Shown piece by piece: positions 20,853 to 30,778 of a DNA stretch of 64,000 nucleotides. This DNA is from Methanobacteriota archaeon (lineage in GTDB: Archaea > Thermoplasmatota > E2 > DHVEG-1): positions 83 to 64,082 of the forward strand of contig JAPKYE010000012.1 of the NCBI GenBank assembly GCA_026394495.1. Direction: 5' to 3'. Each line of letters begins with the position of its first letter. The stretch's first letter is position 1. The translations under genes were made by a program, and so were the position numbers. The notes under the pieces were generated by a model that had not been told where the DNA came from, ran no database searches, and was given only the letters and a program-made list of their open reading frames with translations.

Positions 20853-20977
20853 GACTTTTCTCGCCAGAGCCACAATATAAGTGAGAGATACTTATTTCTA
20901 TCGGAAACTTTGATTAAAAAAAATAATACGAAATCCCTAAAAACACCTGACCATATTACGGGGCAGGGTAGGCAATT

Positions 20978-21841
20978 ATGTACATTGTTGGCGGCAGCGC
21001 ATCAAAAACCATCGCAGAAGACCTCGCAAAAATACTCAACCAACCATTGGCGAACGTCACGATAAAAAGATTCCCAGATGACGAACTGTATATTCGTATC
21101 CTTGATAAAATAGCAGGTGAAGAGGTAATCATTGTTCAAACAACATATCCCGATCAAAACATCATCGAACTTTTACTACTTCAAGATGCAGTCCGTGAAG
21201 CAAAAGCAAAAAGCATAACTGTTGTCGCACCGTACTTTGGATACGGACGACAAGACAAAAAATTCCAAGAAGGCGAAGCAATCAGCGCCCGAGCGATCGC
21301 AAAACTCATCAGCACGAACGCAGAAAGATTCATCACCGTCGATCCTCACAAAGACCACGTACTGAACTTCTTTACAAGCCCTGCACAAAGCTGCAGCGCA
21401 CTCACAGAAATTGCCGCATACATAAAAACAAAACATATTGATGTCGTTCTCGCCCCAGATAAAGGAGCAGCAGAACGAGCGAAAAACGTAGCAAAAATCG
21501 TCGGCTGCAGATACGATCACCTAGATAAAACACGAATCGATGGAGAAACAGTAACGATACAATCAAAAAACCTTGATGTAGAAAAAAAGAATGTTGCAAT
21601 CATCGATGATATAATTTCCACAGGAGGAACCATGGCACAATCTGTAAAAGAACTGAAAAAACAAGGCGCAAACAAAATCATCCTTGCATGCACCCATGGT
21701 TTGTTCGTCGGAACCGCAAAAGAAAAAATCAGCTCTGCCGGGTGTACAGAGCTTGTTTCTACAGATACGATCGCCAGTGAATTCAGCAATGTACATGTGG
21801 CATCGTCTATTGCAGATGTTATAATGAAAAGCAAAAAATAG
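20978..21841 (+). CDS. prs: Ribose-phosphate pyrophosphokinase
   Basis: FPDDE, PYFGYGRQDK, TVDPH, APDKGA, IIDDIISTGGT, CTHGLF. Confidence 0.95.
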   Translation: MYIVGGSASKTIAEDLAKILNQPLANVTIKRFPDDELYIRILDKIAGEEVIIVQTTYPDQNIIELLLLQDAVREAKAKSITVVAPYFGYGRQDKKFQEGEAISARAIAKLISTNAERFITVDPHKDHVLNFFTSPAQSCSALTEIAAYIKTKHIDVVLAPDKGAAERAKNVAKIVGCRYDHLDKTRIDGETVTIQSKNLDVEKKNVAIIDDIISTGGTMAQSVKELKKQGANKIILACTHGLFVGTAKEKISSAGCTELVSTDTIASEFSNVHVASSIADVIMKSKK

Positions 21842-21864
21842 ATGAAGAACGTTATTTTCCATCA

Positions 21865-21882
21865 ACTCAGTAGTTCGGCAAG
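21865..21882 (+). repeat. Terminal inverted repeat of the IS (left copy)
   Basis: ACTCAGTAGTTCGGCAAG matches the reverse complement of 23227-23244 (ACTCAGTAGTTCCGAAAG) at 16/18. Confidence 0.85.
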
Positions 21883-23241
21883 TTAAGAAGTAAACATTGA
21901 CGTTGATTGTTTTTTCGTCAAGAATGGTGAATATTTTTGATGGTTGTTCAATCAACCATAAATGGTATATGATCTGCTTCTCCTTAGAGATATGTTGATG
22001 TTTAATCTAGCTACCGCTAACCCGGCTGCCCATTATCGCCCAGAAATTTGATCTGAGATGATATCTTTGAACTCAGGTAAAATCACGAGGTACTTTTTTT
22101 TGATCCAGTGGAGTCTCACACTTAAAATGAAGTTACATAACTGCCATAGGTTATACAGAAATATGGAAAGCATTTGGAAAAGTAATCGTACGGGATATTT
22201 TTGTGAACAGGTTTTTCCTTGTACCTGTTATTTGACACGGTATCCAGTTTCTATTCCCCAGCGGTTTCGGTAGCTTTCTCCGAGTTCTAATGCGTTTTCC
22301 AGGGTGACTGGGATGTTGGTGATGTAGGTGAATTCATCCATAGGTTCTCTTGGTTTTTTCGGTGATTTAAGGATCACGACAAGGGTGACAGTGACATGTT
22401 GTTTTCATTTCTTCATCGTGTACGGTGTGATAAGCATGTATGATTCTGTCTCAGGGATATTTATCCCCTGGTGATGCGCAGAGATGATGAGTTTTTTGAT
22501 TTTGTTGTTGTGATCCGCTGGGATGACAAATACAACTGGGAGACTGAGAAGGGTGCTAATGGATTCTACGTCGAAGAATTCCCGATCCAGAAACAGCAAA
22601 CTGATCACGATATGATTTCTCGCTGCAGAAACAAGGTATACAAGTATCTGTTCCTTAGTGGTGAATTGATGCAGAGGAAGTGCAGCAAGAGTAAACCTTC
22701 CTTTGGTATTGACACACTCGATGCTCGCGTAAGCATGACCAAAGTTGGTTCCTCACACTCTTTCCATGCCGAGCACATGGATATCCGTTTCGTCCCCGTA
22801 CCAGGGCATCTTATGGATATCCAACCCACACTGAATGGGATTGTTGAAGATGCCGTGTTGTGCTGCATATCTTAGAAGGTCGTTGTTTACTTGGATAAAA
22901 ATTGAAAAAACTTGTTTGGTGTTAAGTTTGTTCAGGTGATAGAACACATCGTCATCGGAGGGACATTTCTTTTGTTGTTCCTGCAGTCGTTTTGATCCAT
23001 ACGCAACATATACATTGTGTGTGATGGAGAACATCACGGTTTTCACGATGTTCTCCTTGGCGTATGTACAGTTGTTTGCCATCTGCAAAGGCAAAGCTGT
23101 GGCGAAATCATTTTTGAGAGATTTTTTAAGAAGCTTGCCTAGGTTCTTGTGTGTATATTGTGGCGAGTGCATTTGTCATCCCAAAATACGAATGTTACTC
23201 ACCCCTAATACACTGCTTAACGTCGGCTTTCGGAACTACTG
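21868..23241 (-). mobile_element. ISH3-type (IS4-like DDE) insertion sequence, about 1.37 kb, inactivated
   Basis: Bounded by CAGTAG...CTACTG inverted ends and carrying one decayed DDE transposase; no clear target-site duplication. Confidence 0.85.
22033..23172 (-). pseudogene. DDE transposase pseudogene, one frame with three nonsense codons
   Basis: GLDIHKMPWYG (D), LFLDREFF (D), [12 protein letters not shown] (E) in one frame; internal stops TGA 22753-22755, TGA 22405-22407, TAA 22228-22230. Confidence 0.88.
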
Positions 23242-23244
23242 AGT
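23227..23244 (-). repeat. Terminal inverted repeat of the IS (right copy)
   Basis: CTTTCGGAACTACTGAGT, 16/18 inverted match to 21865-21882. Confidence 0.85.
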
Positions 23245-23420
23245 CTAGAGTAAAGTATTATATATGGTACGTATTTCGTTTTAGCTGGAAACCAATTTTG
23301 ACGGGATGTTAGATGATGTACAAAATAACAACTAATTTGTTAATAAACAGGTTTAGCAGATATACTCTTTCTGCATCTAGTTGTAAACAATATTCTGAAG
23401 TATATTTTTGAGATGTTATT

Positions 23421-25151
23421 ATGGGAAATGAGTCTGAAATTGTAAAAATTTTACGGGATGAAGAAAAACTTGGGAAACTTCATAGCAAACGTAAGAACGA
23501 CTATGAAGAAGTAACGACTCCAGAAATGTCGACGGATGGAGATGCAAACATTATACCTGGTTTGACTACAAAAGATATCTCAAAAAAAATAGAAAATGAA
23601 GAATTGAGAACTCTCGAAAGAATATCACGCCTTGTTTTTGAGAATTCCGCTGTTGCTATTACGATTACCGATGAATATGAGAGAATTATCTATTGGAATA
23701 AGTATGCCGAACAACTCTTAGGTATGAATAAAGATGATTTATATATGAAACATGTTAATTTGCTGTATCCCCCTGAGGAATGGTCGAAAATTCGCAAACA
23801 AAACATCAGACGGAAAGGCATGCAACATCATTTAGAAACCAAAATTCTCATGAAAAACAATGAACTGCAGGATGTTGATATCTCGCTGAGTGTTTTAAAA
23901 GATCAAAAAGGAGAAGTAATAGGCTCAATAGGGATTATTAAAGATATAACCGAACGGAAACAAATAGAAAAAGCGTTAAAAGAATCCGAAGAAAAATTCA
24001 AACAACTCTATGAAAAAGCGCCAATACCGTATCATATATTATCACCTCACGGTGAAATAACTAATGTGAATGAAAAATGGTGCCAAATACTTAGATATGC
24101 AAAGATGGATGTGATAGGAAAACCAATTTTTTATTTTATATCTGAAAATGAAAAAGAAACAGCCGGATCATCCTTTTTTAAAAAAATACTGGCTAAGAAT
24201 CCATATGCTGGCGGTCATGAGCGAACATTTGTGACTAAGGACGGGGAGAAAAGAATATTTGTGATACATGATTTTTTTTCTTTTGATGAAAATAATAATA
24301 TTAAATCTGTACATACGGCGATGGAGGATATCACTAATCGCAAACAGATGGAAACAGAACTGAAAGATGTAGACGAAATGCTTCGGACATTGAATAAAGA
24401 ACTTGAGCGAAAAGTATATGAGAGGACAGTTGAAATAGAAAACCTCTTAAAACAAAAAGACGAATTTATTAGCCAACTTGGTCATGATTTAAAGACACCT
24501 CTGACTATACTTATAAATATTTTACCTTTGGTTAAAAACGAAGTTGAGGATAAAAATAATAAAGAGGATTGTGACGTAGCTATTCGAAATGTCTACTACA
24601 TTAAAAATCTTGTTACTGAAACATTAAAAATTGCAGAGATCAGCTCACCAAAAGTAACATTTGATATAAAAGAATTAAATCTCTTGGATGTAGTGAATAA
24701 TGTTGTCACAGACAATCAATTTATTCTTGATGGAAAAAATTTTAAAATAGAAAATCACATTGATGAAAAGATCATTGTTGAAGCAGATGAATTAAGACTT
24801 TGTGAGATATTTAATAATATTATTAATAATGCTGTAAAATATTCTGGTAATGATGGAGGCACTATTACTCTAGATGCACAGAACGAAAAGGATGTTGTTA
24901 CCATTTCAGTGAGAGATACGGGTATCGGTATAACAAAAGAACAGTTGGATCATGTCTTTGATGAGTTTTACAAAGCTGATGAGTCTAGGCATAATCTAGA
25001 ATCGAGTGGTCTTGGTCTTTCCATCTGTAGACGTATTGTTGAGAAACATGGTGGACGGATTTGGGTTGAAAGCCCAGGTCTTGGAAAAGGTGCAACATTT
25101 TATTTCACTCTGAAACTGGGAAATAAAAATGTATACGAGAATAAATGGTGA
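23421..25151 (+). CDS. Cytoplasmic PAS-PAS sensor histidine kinase
   Basis: Two PAS/PAC units, H-box LGHDLKTPLT, NIINNAVKYS, DTGIGI, GLGLSIC; no TM segments. Confidence 0.93.
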   Translation: MGNESEIVKILRDEEKLGKLHSKRKNDYEEVTTPEMSTDGDANIIPGLTTKDISKKIENEELRTLERISRLVFENSAVAITITDEYERIIYWNKYAEQLLGMNKDDLYMKHVNLLYPPEEWSKIRKQNIRRKGMQHHLETKILMKNNELQDVDISLSVLKDQKGEVIGSIGIIKDITERKQIEKALKESEEKFKQLYEKAPIPYHILSPHGEITNVNEKWCQILRYAKMDVIGKPIFYFISENEKETAGSSFFKKILAKNPYAGGHERTFVTKDGEKRIFVIHDFFSFDENNNIKSVHTAMEDITNRKQMETELKDVDEMLRTLNKELERKVYERTVEIENLLKQKDEFISQLGHDLKTPLTILINILPLVKNEVEDKNNKEDCDVAIRNVYYIKNLVTETLKIAEISSPKVTFDIKELNLLDVVNNVVTDNQFILDGKNFKIENHIDEKIIVEADELRLCEIFNNIINNAVKYSGNDGGTITLDAQNEKDVVTISVRDTGIGITKEQLDHVFDEFYKADESRHNLESSGLGLSICRRIVEKHGGRIWVESPGLGKGATFYFTLKLGNKNVYENKW

Positions 25152-25165
25152 AGAGGTTTGGGAAT

Positions 25166-25537
25166 ATGAAAAAGATTATGATGGTGGATGATAACGTTGA
25201 TCTGACCTATGTGGTTAAAAAAAGTTTAGAAAAGATGGAAAACGGATGTGAGGTCATTAGTGCGAATCGTGGCCAAGAATGTTTTGATTTATTGAAAGAA
25301 GGTAAATTACCTGATCTCATATTATTAGATATTATGATGCCTGAAATGAACGGATGGGATGTATTTGCAAAATTGAAAGAAAACACAGAATGGAGAAAAA
25401 TCCCTATAGTGTTTCTAACAGCGAAGACAGATTCGTTAAGTAAAGGGTTTGGACAGATACCTGCACAGGATTATATTGAAAAACCATTTGAAATTGCAGA
25501 TTTGAAAAAGAGAATCGATACGATATTGGGAAAATAG
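25166..25537 (+). CDS. Stand-alone response regulator receiver
   Basis: MVDDN, ILLDIMMPEMNGWD, FLTAK, EKPF; no output domain. Confidence 0.93.
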   Translation: MKKIMMVDDNVDLTYVVKKSLEKMENGCEVISANRGQECFDLLKEGKLPDLILLDIMMPEMNGWDVFAKLKENTEWRKIPIVFLTAKTDSLSKGFGQIPAQDYIEKPFEIADLKKRIDTILGK

Positions 25538-25540
25538 AAT

Positions 25541-26764
25541 ATGTCTCTATCAGAAAACTCTGAGCTCGTTCGATATTTACTACAGGCGTTTGTGTCGGTA
25601 GTTGGTAGACGAACTTCTGAAAATTTTGCAATGGTAACACTAGATACCATTGTCAAACAACTTGAACCAAAATATAATTTTTTAAAATTTATTGAGATAA
25701 ATCCTTCCCGATATTCTGACGGAAAGGATGCCATTAGTATTAATCCAGAAATAAATAGCATTAGACCGAGTGATTTAGGGGAAGCATTAAACGAAATTCT
25801 TGATAGAGGAACTGAGTCATTAGATAAAAAAACAGATCATTATGTTAAGAGAGAAATTAAAGATGCACTTGGATCCATGTATGAATTAATAAATAAGAAA
25901 CTAGAATTAAATCTCCATGTTACGCAGTCTGAATATTTAGTCGATGCAGATGTACGAAGAATAATACCAGGAATTGTTCAGATAAAAAATTCTGAGGTAG
26001 TGGAACCTGTTTTAGGTGTGTTGATTAATTTATTGAATGGAGAATTTTCAGAAGCAGATGTAATGAAAACTATGATTACTTTTATCAAAAACCTTGAAGG
26101 GAAATATGATTTTTTAAAATATATCGAAATATCAGATTCACCTGATTCAGACGGCTTTTTTGTCGTTAGAGCTAGGCCTGAAATAGATGATGTTTTGACC
26201 ATTACATTTCGTGAAGCAATGCAGAAACTTATAGAAGAAATCGGTAAATCAACTCATCTGAAGACCCAGCTATCTTTTATAAAAGATTTCAAAATGGCAC
26301 TAGCGCCTGCAGATCTTGAAAAGATCAAAGAGATGAATATAAATCTGGATCAAATAGGTGAAATATTGCACCGTCGGGAAAATGAACTACTCTTTAAAAA
26401 AGCGTTGGACGCGATAGTGGGGGTAGTGAGTAGGAAGACATCAAAAAGTTTCGCAGTTGCGTTATTAGATACTATCATTGAAAAACTAAGGGATGGGCAC
26501 AAAGTTTTAAGATATGTTGTAATAAATAAATCTCGATATGCTGATGGTATTGATTCTATTTGTATCCTTCCGGAAGTAAACTCTGTTACATCATACGAAC
26601 TCGGTAAAGGATTAAAAGAAATACTCAAAAAAACACGCGAGAATCTTGGTTATAAACACACTTCATTTATTGAGGATTTCCAAAAACAACTTGGAGATGA
26701 GTATCTTGCAGAGATCGAAAAAATGGGAGTTAATCTGTATATGATAGAACTAAAATTTATTTGA
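25541..26764 (+). CDS. Hypothetical protein with three tandem ~130-aa repeats
   Basis: 407-aa ORF starting 3 bp after the receiver stop; repeats KYNFLKFIEI..DG..INPEIN / KYDFLKYIEI..DG..ARPEID / HKVLRYVVI..DG..ILPEVN. Confidence 0.85.
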   Translation: MSLSENSELVRYLLQAFVSVVGRRTSENFAMVTLDTIVKQLEPKYNFLKFIEINPSRYSDGKDAISINPEINSIRPSDLGEALNEILDRGTESLDKKTDHYVKREIKDALGSMYELINKKLELNLHVTQSEYLVDADVRRIIPGIVQIKNSEVVEPVLGVLINLLNGEFSEADVMKTMITFIKNLEGKYDFLKYIEISDSPDSDGFFVVRARPEIDDVLTITFREAMQKLIEEIGKSTHLKTQLSFIKDFKMALAPADLEKIKEMNINLDQIGEILHRRENELLFKKALDAIVGVVSRKTSKSFAVALLDTIIEKLRDGHKVLRYVVINKSRYADGIDSICILPEVNSVTSYELGKGLKEILKKTRENLGYKHTSFIEDFQKQLGDEYLAEIEKMGVNLYMIELKFI

Positions 26765-26831
26765 TATCTCTTAAAACTCAGGACAACCACCTGGAGAAAA
26801 ACCTGAAACATGCCGGGTCTAACAGATTTTT

Positions 26832-26855
26832 GTGCTGGGTGTAGGCCGTAAGCCT
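26832..26855 (+). repeat. Direct repeat, copy 1, flanking the beta-helix gene
   Basis: GTGCTGGGTGTAGGCCGTAAGCCT; 21 of 24 aligned positions match 28796-28818. Confidence 0.65.
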
Positions 26856-26910
26856 CTTTGCAACAGGAGAAAAACACAATATTTTCTGTAAATGCAAGAC
26901 AGAAGAAACA

Positions 26911-28629
26911 TTACATTTTAACCTGTTTTTTTCGTTTCCAAAAAAATATGAGTGCTACGATACAAAGAGTAAGGACTTCGATAAGTAATATTATAAAAAA
27001 TTCAAGATGCGATTGATTCAAAGTTGGTACTGTATATTCTCCTCGAATATTTACATGATTGCCTTCGAAAACATTATCGTAATAACTATTATTTAATGAA
27101 CGGGCGGGGTGGATCCCGAACTCATTATTAACAAGAGTATTTCTATAGACTGTGTTGTTATTTGAGTAATCCCACAAACAAATACCGTAATATGAATTTG
27201 CAATATTGTTCGATGTAATAGTATTGTCTGATGAGAATCCTAATTGTATACCAACAGTTACGTTCGTAATAGTAAGGTTTTGAATGAGGAACCTAGAACA
27301 GTTTGCAAGAATGACTTGACCTGCACTGTAGGGAACTGTTATATTATCTTGGCGATTTTTATAATAATAAATTGTCTTTCCATTAAGTGAATTATTTTCA
27401 ATAGTATGACTATTCCATTGATCAATTGAACTTCCCAATATATATAGCCCACTTGATGTAAAGAAATTATTATTGATCTCGTTTTCAATTGAATATTCAA
27501 TAAATATTCCCTCATAATTGTTAAGAAAATCATTTTTCAATATAACGTTCTTCGAAGAATTATCTTTCAATCGAATTCCTCGGCAATTATCTGTAAAATT
27601 ATTTTCCTGAATGATGTTTTCATTAGAATGAATCAGAAGGATACCACTGCATTTATTATTTTTAAAAATATTCTTTTCAACAATATTTTTATTTGAATTT
27701 ATCAAATCTAAACCTGGACCGGGACATGTTGCATTTATAATTGTATTATAAGAAATAGTGTTATCCGTACAAAGTTCATTTAACATTATCTCGACATGTT
27801 CGCTATTTAAAAAAGTATTGTTATACAAAGTATTATTAGTTGATTTAAATAAATAGAGAGAACCCCAACTCACATTTGTAATGTCATTAGAAGAAATATT
27901 GTTATATAATGAAAAACCCAATTGAATGCCGACATCACTATCAAATATTATAAGGTTTTGAATGAGACAATGAGAACAATTTGCAAGAATCACTTGTCCT
28001 GCGTCAGAAGGAACAGATATACTTTGTATATTTTTGAAATAGTAGATTGGTTTATTGTTAACAAAATTGTTATTTATGTTGTGGCTATTCCATTGGGATA
28101 ATGTATCTCCCCAGATACTGATTCCGCATGAAAAGAGAGCGTTATTTATAATTTCAGTTGTTGAAGAATTATCCAACGTAATACCATTAGAACAATTTTT
28201 TATGAAATTTCTATATAGACCCGTATAATTTGATTCGACATCAATACCTGCGTCCATCCATTTATTAATTCCACTATTTTGAATAGTAAAACCTGTTACA
28301 TTTGCATTATCTGCAGAAATAGAAATGATGTCTCCGTATCCGTTTCCATCTATAATCGTATTATTTCTATCTTCACCAATTAGTGATATCGATTTATTTA
28401 TCACAATATTTTCAGAATATTTTCCATTATAAACATAAACTATATTGCCAGGAGATGATGCATTTATTGCCTCCTGAATTTTGCTAAAATTAGCATTTCC
28501 AATTCCTCCAACATAAAGGATATTTGTTTCTGCTGCTTTGCAATTTTTGAAAGGTAAAAAAATAGAAAAAACACTTAATATCAATATACTAAGAATACCT
28601 ATTGTTGTAATTTTTTTCACAATTATCAT
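26911..28629 (-). CDS. Secreted, membrane-anchored NosD/CASH right-handed beta-helix protein
   Basis: Signal peptide, LYVGG...FSKIQEAINA, IVYVYNGKYSENIVINKSISLIGE, Asn-rich PbH1 repeats, C-terminal TM plus KRKK. Confidence 0.88.
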   Translation of the reverse strand: MIIVKKITTIGILSILILSVFSIFLPFKNCKAAETNILYVGGIGNANFSKIQEAINASSPGNIVYVYNGKYSENIVINKSISLIGEDRNNTIIDGNGYGDIISISADNANVTGFTIQNSGINKWMDAGIDVESNYTGLYRNFIKNCSNGITLDNSSTTEIINNALFSCGISIWGDTLSQWNSHNINNNFVNNKPIYYFKNIQSISVPSDAGQVILANCSHCLIQNLIIFDSDVGIQLGFSLYNNISSNDITNVSWGSLYLFKSTNNTLYNNTFLNSEHVEIMLNELCTDNTISYNTIINATCPGPGLDLINSNKNIVEKNIFKNNKCSGILLIHSNENIIQENNFTDNCRGIRLKDNSSKNVILKNDFLNNYEGIFIEYSIENEINNNFFTSSGLYILGSSIDQWNSHTIENNSLNGKTIYYYKNRQDNITVPYSAGQVILANCSRFLIQNLTITNVTVGIQLGFSSDNTITSNNIANSYYGICLWDYSNNNTVYRNTLVNNEFGIHPARSLNNSYYDNVFEGNHVNIRGEYTVPTLNQSHLEFFIILLIEVLTLCIVALIFFWKRKKQVKM

Positions 28630-28795
28630 CTCTTTTTAATTTTATTTCTTCTCGTTAAATATCAATCATATGGATTCATATAATTTTGCTTTTCCAACCG
28701 TTTTTATAGCCCTTATTTTTCATTCTGCTGTTAAAACCAACATGTATTTGCTCACTGTTTTATATAAATAATGATTTCATTTTTTTGTTATTTAG

Positions 28796-28818
28796 GTGCC
28801 GGGTGTAGTCGTAAGCCT
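28796..28818 (+). repeat. Direct repeat, copy 2
   Basis: GTGCCGGGTGTAGTCGTAAGCCT. Confidence 0.65.
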
Positions 28819-28828
28819 TCATTTATCA

Positions 28829-29287
28829 TTATTGAAGTCTTTTTATTTCTTCTAACCTTTCATCTTCGATAAGTTTTACTAATTGATCCCCACTTTTTTT
28901 TACAATTTTTGTGATTCTGCCAGATAATATTTTTGGTTCTACTCCGATCAAAATAATTCTTTCCGTATATGATTCGAGATAAGTCATTAAAACAGATAGC
29001 GGAATCCCATGTGTGCTCACATGCATGGTACCGATCTTTTCTTTAGGGACAACCCGTGTTTCACCAGGCTTTAAACCCATTTCTACTGCATCAATGATGA
29101 TAAGATTTTTTGGCTTCTTTTTTTTAACTAGGGACGTAAAATTTTCTGGTGTGACCCCAGTATCAATAACCTCAACACCTGGGGAGGGCCTGTCTCTGAA
29201 ACAATCTGCGATATATGGTCCGATGGCATCATCACCGCCATCGCGATTTCCGACACAAAGGATAAGGTATTGTATCTGGTTTTTCAT
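28829..29287 (-). CDS. hycI: Hydrogenase maturation protease (HycI-like; start revised to MKNQI)
   Basis: CVGNRDGGDDAIG, PENF, IIIDAVEMG, STHGIPL. Confidence 0.88.
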   Translation of the reverse strand: MKNQIQYLILCVGNRDGGDDAIGPYIADCFRDRPSPGVEVIDTGVTPENFTSLVKKKKPKNLIIIDAVEMGLKPGETRVVPKEKIGTMHVSTHGIPLSVLMTYLESYTERIILIGVEPKILSGRITKIVKKSGDQLVKLIEDERLEEIKRLQ

Positions 29288-29322
29288 AGTTGTTCGCACC
29301 ATACACATATGAATAAAAAATA

Positions 29323-29580
29323 TTAGGAATACTTGATTTTTTGGTAGGCGAGGATAAACCACATGACCGCGGTTCCTGCGGTTGATAAACAACTGAGATA
29401 GAGTTCAAGTGTGTAAAAAATCCATGCCATTATCACGAGAAGAATCGCAGTCGGAAGTGCAGTATATAGCGACTGTCCATGAACCTCTTTGAGTCTGATG
29501 TTTCGTACGATCGCAGGAATGAGCGTAAGGATAAATAAGAAATTAATTACTGTTAATGCAAGATCCTGCCATATTGCCAT
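29323..29580 (-). CDS. Small 3-TM protein (SemiSWEET/PQ-loop-like)
   Basis: 85 aa MAIWQDLALTVINFLFILTLIPAIVRNIR... with three hydrophobic helices. Confidence 0.5.
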   Translation of the reverse strand: MAIWQDLALTVINFLFILTLIPAIVRNIRLKEVHGQSLYTALPTAILLVIMAWIFYTLELYLSCLSTAGTAVMWFILAYQKIKYS

Positions 29581-29661
29581 ATAAATCAGCAAAACAGGAG
29601 AGTATAAATAAAACTTCTGCATCGCAGAACATATAAAAATAGTTACTCGAGGATACAACAT

Positions 29662-30714
29662 ATGGCTGAAAGAATATCGCTTGCTCAAGGGGCCGGCGGG
29701 GAACTCATGGATAAACTCATCAAAGAAAAAATTCTCACGTATTTCAAACAAGACAAATCAATTGAGGTTCCTCTGACATTCATGGATGATGCTGCGGTCA
29801 TTGACGATATAGTGTTCTCTACTGATTCTCATACAGTTCATCCACTTATTTTCCCAGGAGGCGATATCGGTTCACTAGCCGTCTCTGGAACGATTAACGA
29901 TATCGCTGTTATGGGTGCGAAACCACTTGCGCTCTCTGCAGGGTTCATCATCGAAGAAGGATTCATGATGGAGACGTTTGAAACCATCGTGAAAAGCATG
30001 GGGCGATGTGCACAGAAAGCATGTGTTCCTATCGTTACCGGTGACACAAAGGTAGTGGAAAAAGGAGCAATCCAAGAATTCATGATAAACACCAGCGGTA
30101 TAGGTAAACGAACAAAGCTTCTTGATTACAACATCAAGGAAGTGAAACAACATAGGAAATTCACAGGCAGATGGCTTCTTGATTCTAATCTGAAACCAGG
30201 TGATCGGATCATTGTTTCAGGAAACATCGCAGAGCATGGGATTGCGCTACTTTCATTTCGTGAAGGGTACGGGTTTGAAACCACGGTGAAATCAGATGTT
30301 GCACCGCTGAATGAGGTAATGACGAAGGTTCTTACAGTTGGCGGCGTGGTTTCAGCGAAAGATCCGACGCGTGGCGGGCTTGCAAATACGATAAATGAAT
30401 ATAGTGAGAAATCACATGTTGGAATCATTCTATCTGAAGAGAACATCCCGATTTCAACGGGTGTACAGTCTGCATGTGGACTGCTCGGACTTGATCCGCT
30501 GGAGATCGGTAATGAAGGAAAAGTTGTTCTTGGTGTTGTAAAAGAGAAAGCAGAAGAAATCCTTTCTGTGTTAAAGAGACATCCTTTGGGTAAACATGCC
30601 GCGATCATCGGAACAGTCACCGATAAAATAACTGGTGTTGTATTGGAAACAACAGTTGGTGGACGACGTATTTTGCATAAACCGTTAGGCGATCCAGTAC
30701 CGCGAATCTGTTAA
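29662..30714 (+). CDS. hypE: Hydrogenase maturation carbamoyl dehydratase HypE
   Basis: LAQGAGG, FPGGDIGSLAVSGTINDIAVMGA, TGDTKVV, DPTRGG, NEGK, terminal PRIC. Confidence 0.96.
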   Translation: MAERISLAQGAGGELMDKLIKEKILTYFKQDKSIEVPLTFMDDAAVIDDIVFSTDSHTVHPLIFPGGDIGSLAVSGTINDIAVMGAKPLALSAGFIIEEGFMMETFETIVKSMGRCAQKACVPIVTGDTKVVEKGAIQEFMINTSGIGKRTKLLDYNIKEVKQHRKFTGRWLLDSNLKPGDRIIVSGNIAEHGIALLSFREGYGFETTVKSDVAPLNEVMTKVLTVGGVVSAKDPTRGGLANTINEYSEKSHVGIILSEENIPISTGVQSACGLLGLDPLEIGNEGKVVLGVVKEKAEEILSVLKRHPLGKHAAIIGTVTDKITGVVLETTVGGRRILHKPLGDPVPRIC

Positions 30715-30778
30715 CAGAAGAAAAACACACGGGGGAATGTTTTAATAACCCCTGGAATTACACTGGAAACGACTGATA

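Noticed and set aside
1390-22755. Stop-codon recoding to explain in-frame stops in dfx and the transposase
   Set aside because: The stops are mixed (TAA and TGA), and intact genes here end normally at TAA, TAG and TGA. Decay or sequencing error is simpler.
22471-22875. Plus-strand ORFs inside the IS
   Set aside because: Antisense to the transposase pseudogene, which accounts for the sequence.
18939-28629. nosDFY / nitrous oxide reductase system
   Set aside because: No nosZ or nosL; the NosD-like and NosY-like genes are separated by prs, an IS and a signalling operon, and these folds are generic in archaea.
28796-28818. GCCGGGTGTAG read as the 5' end of a tRNA or tRNA integration site
   Set aside because: No D-arm, anticodon arm or T-loop follows either copy.
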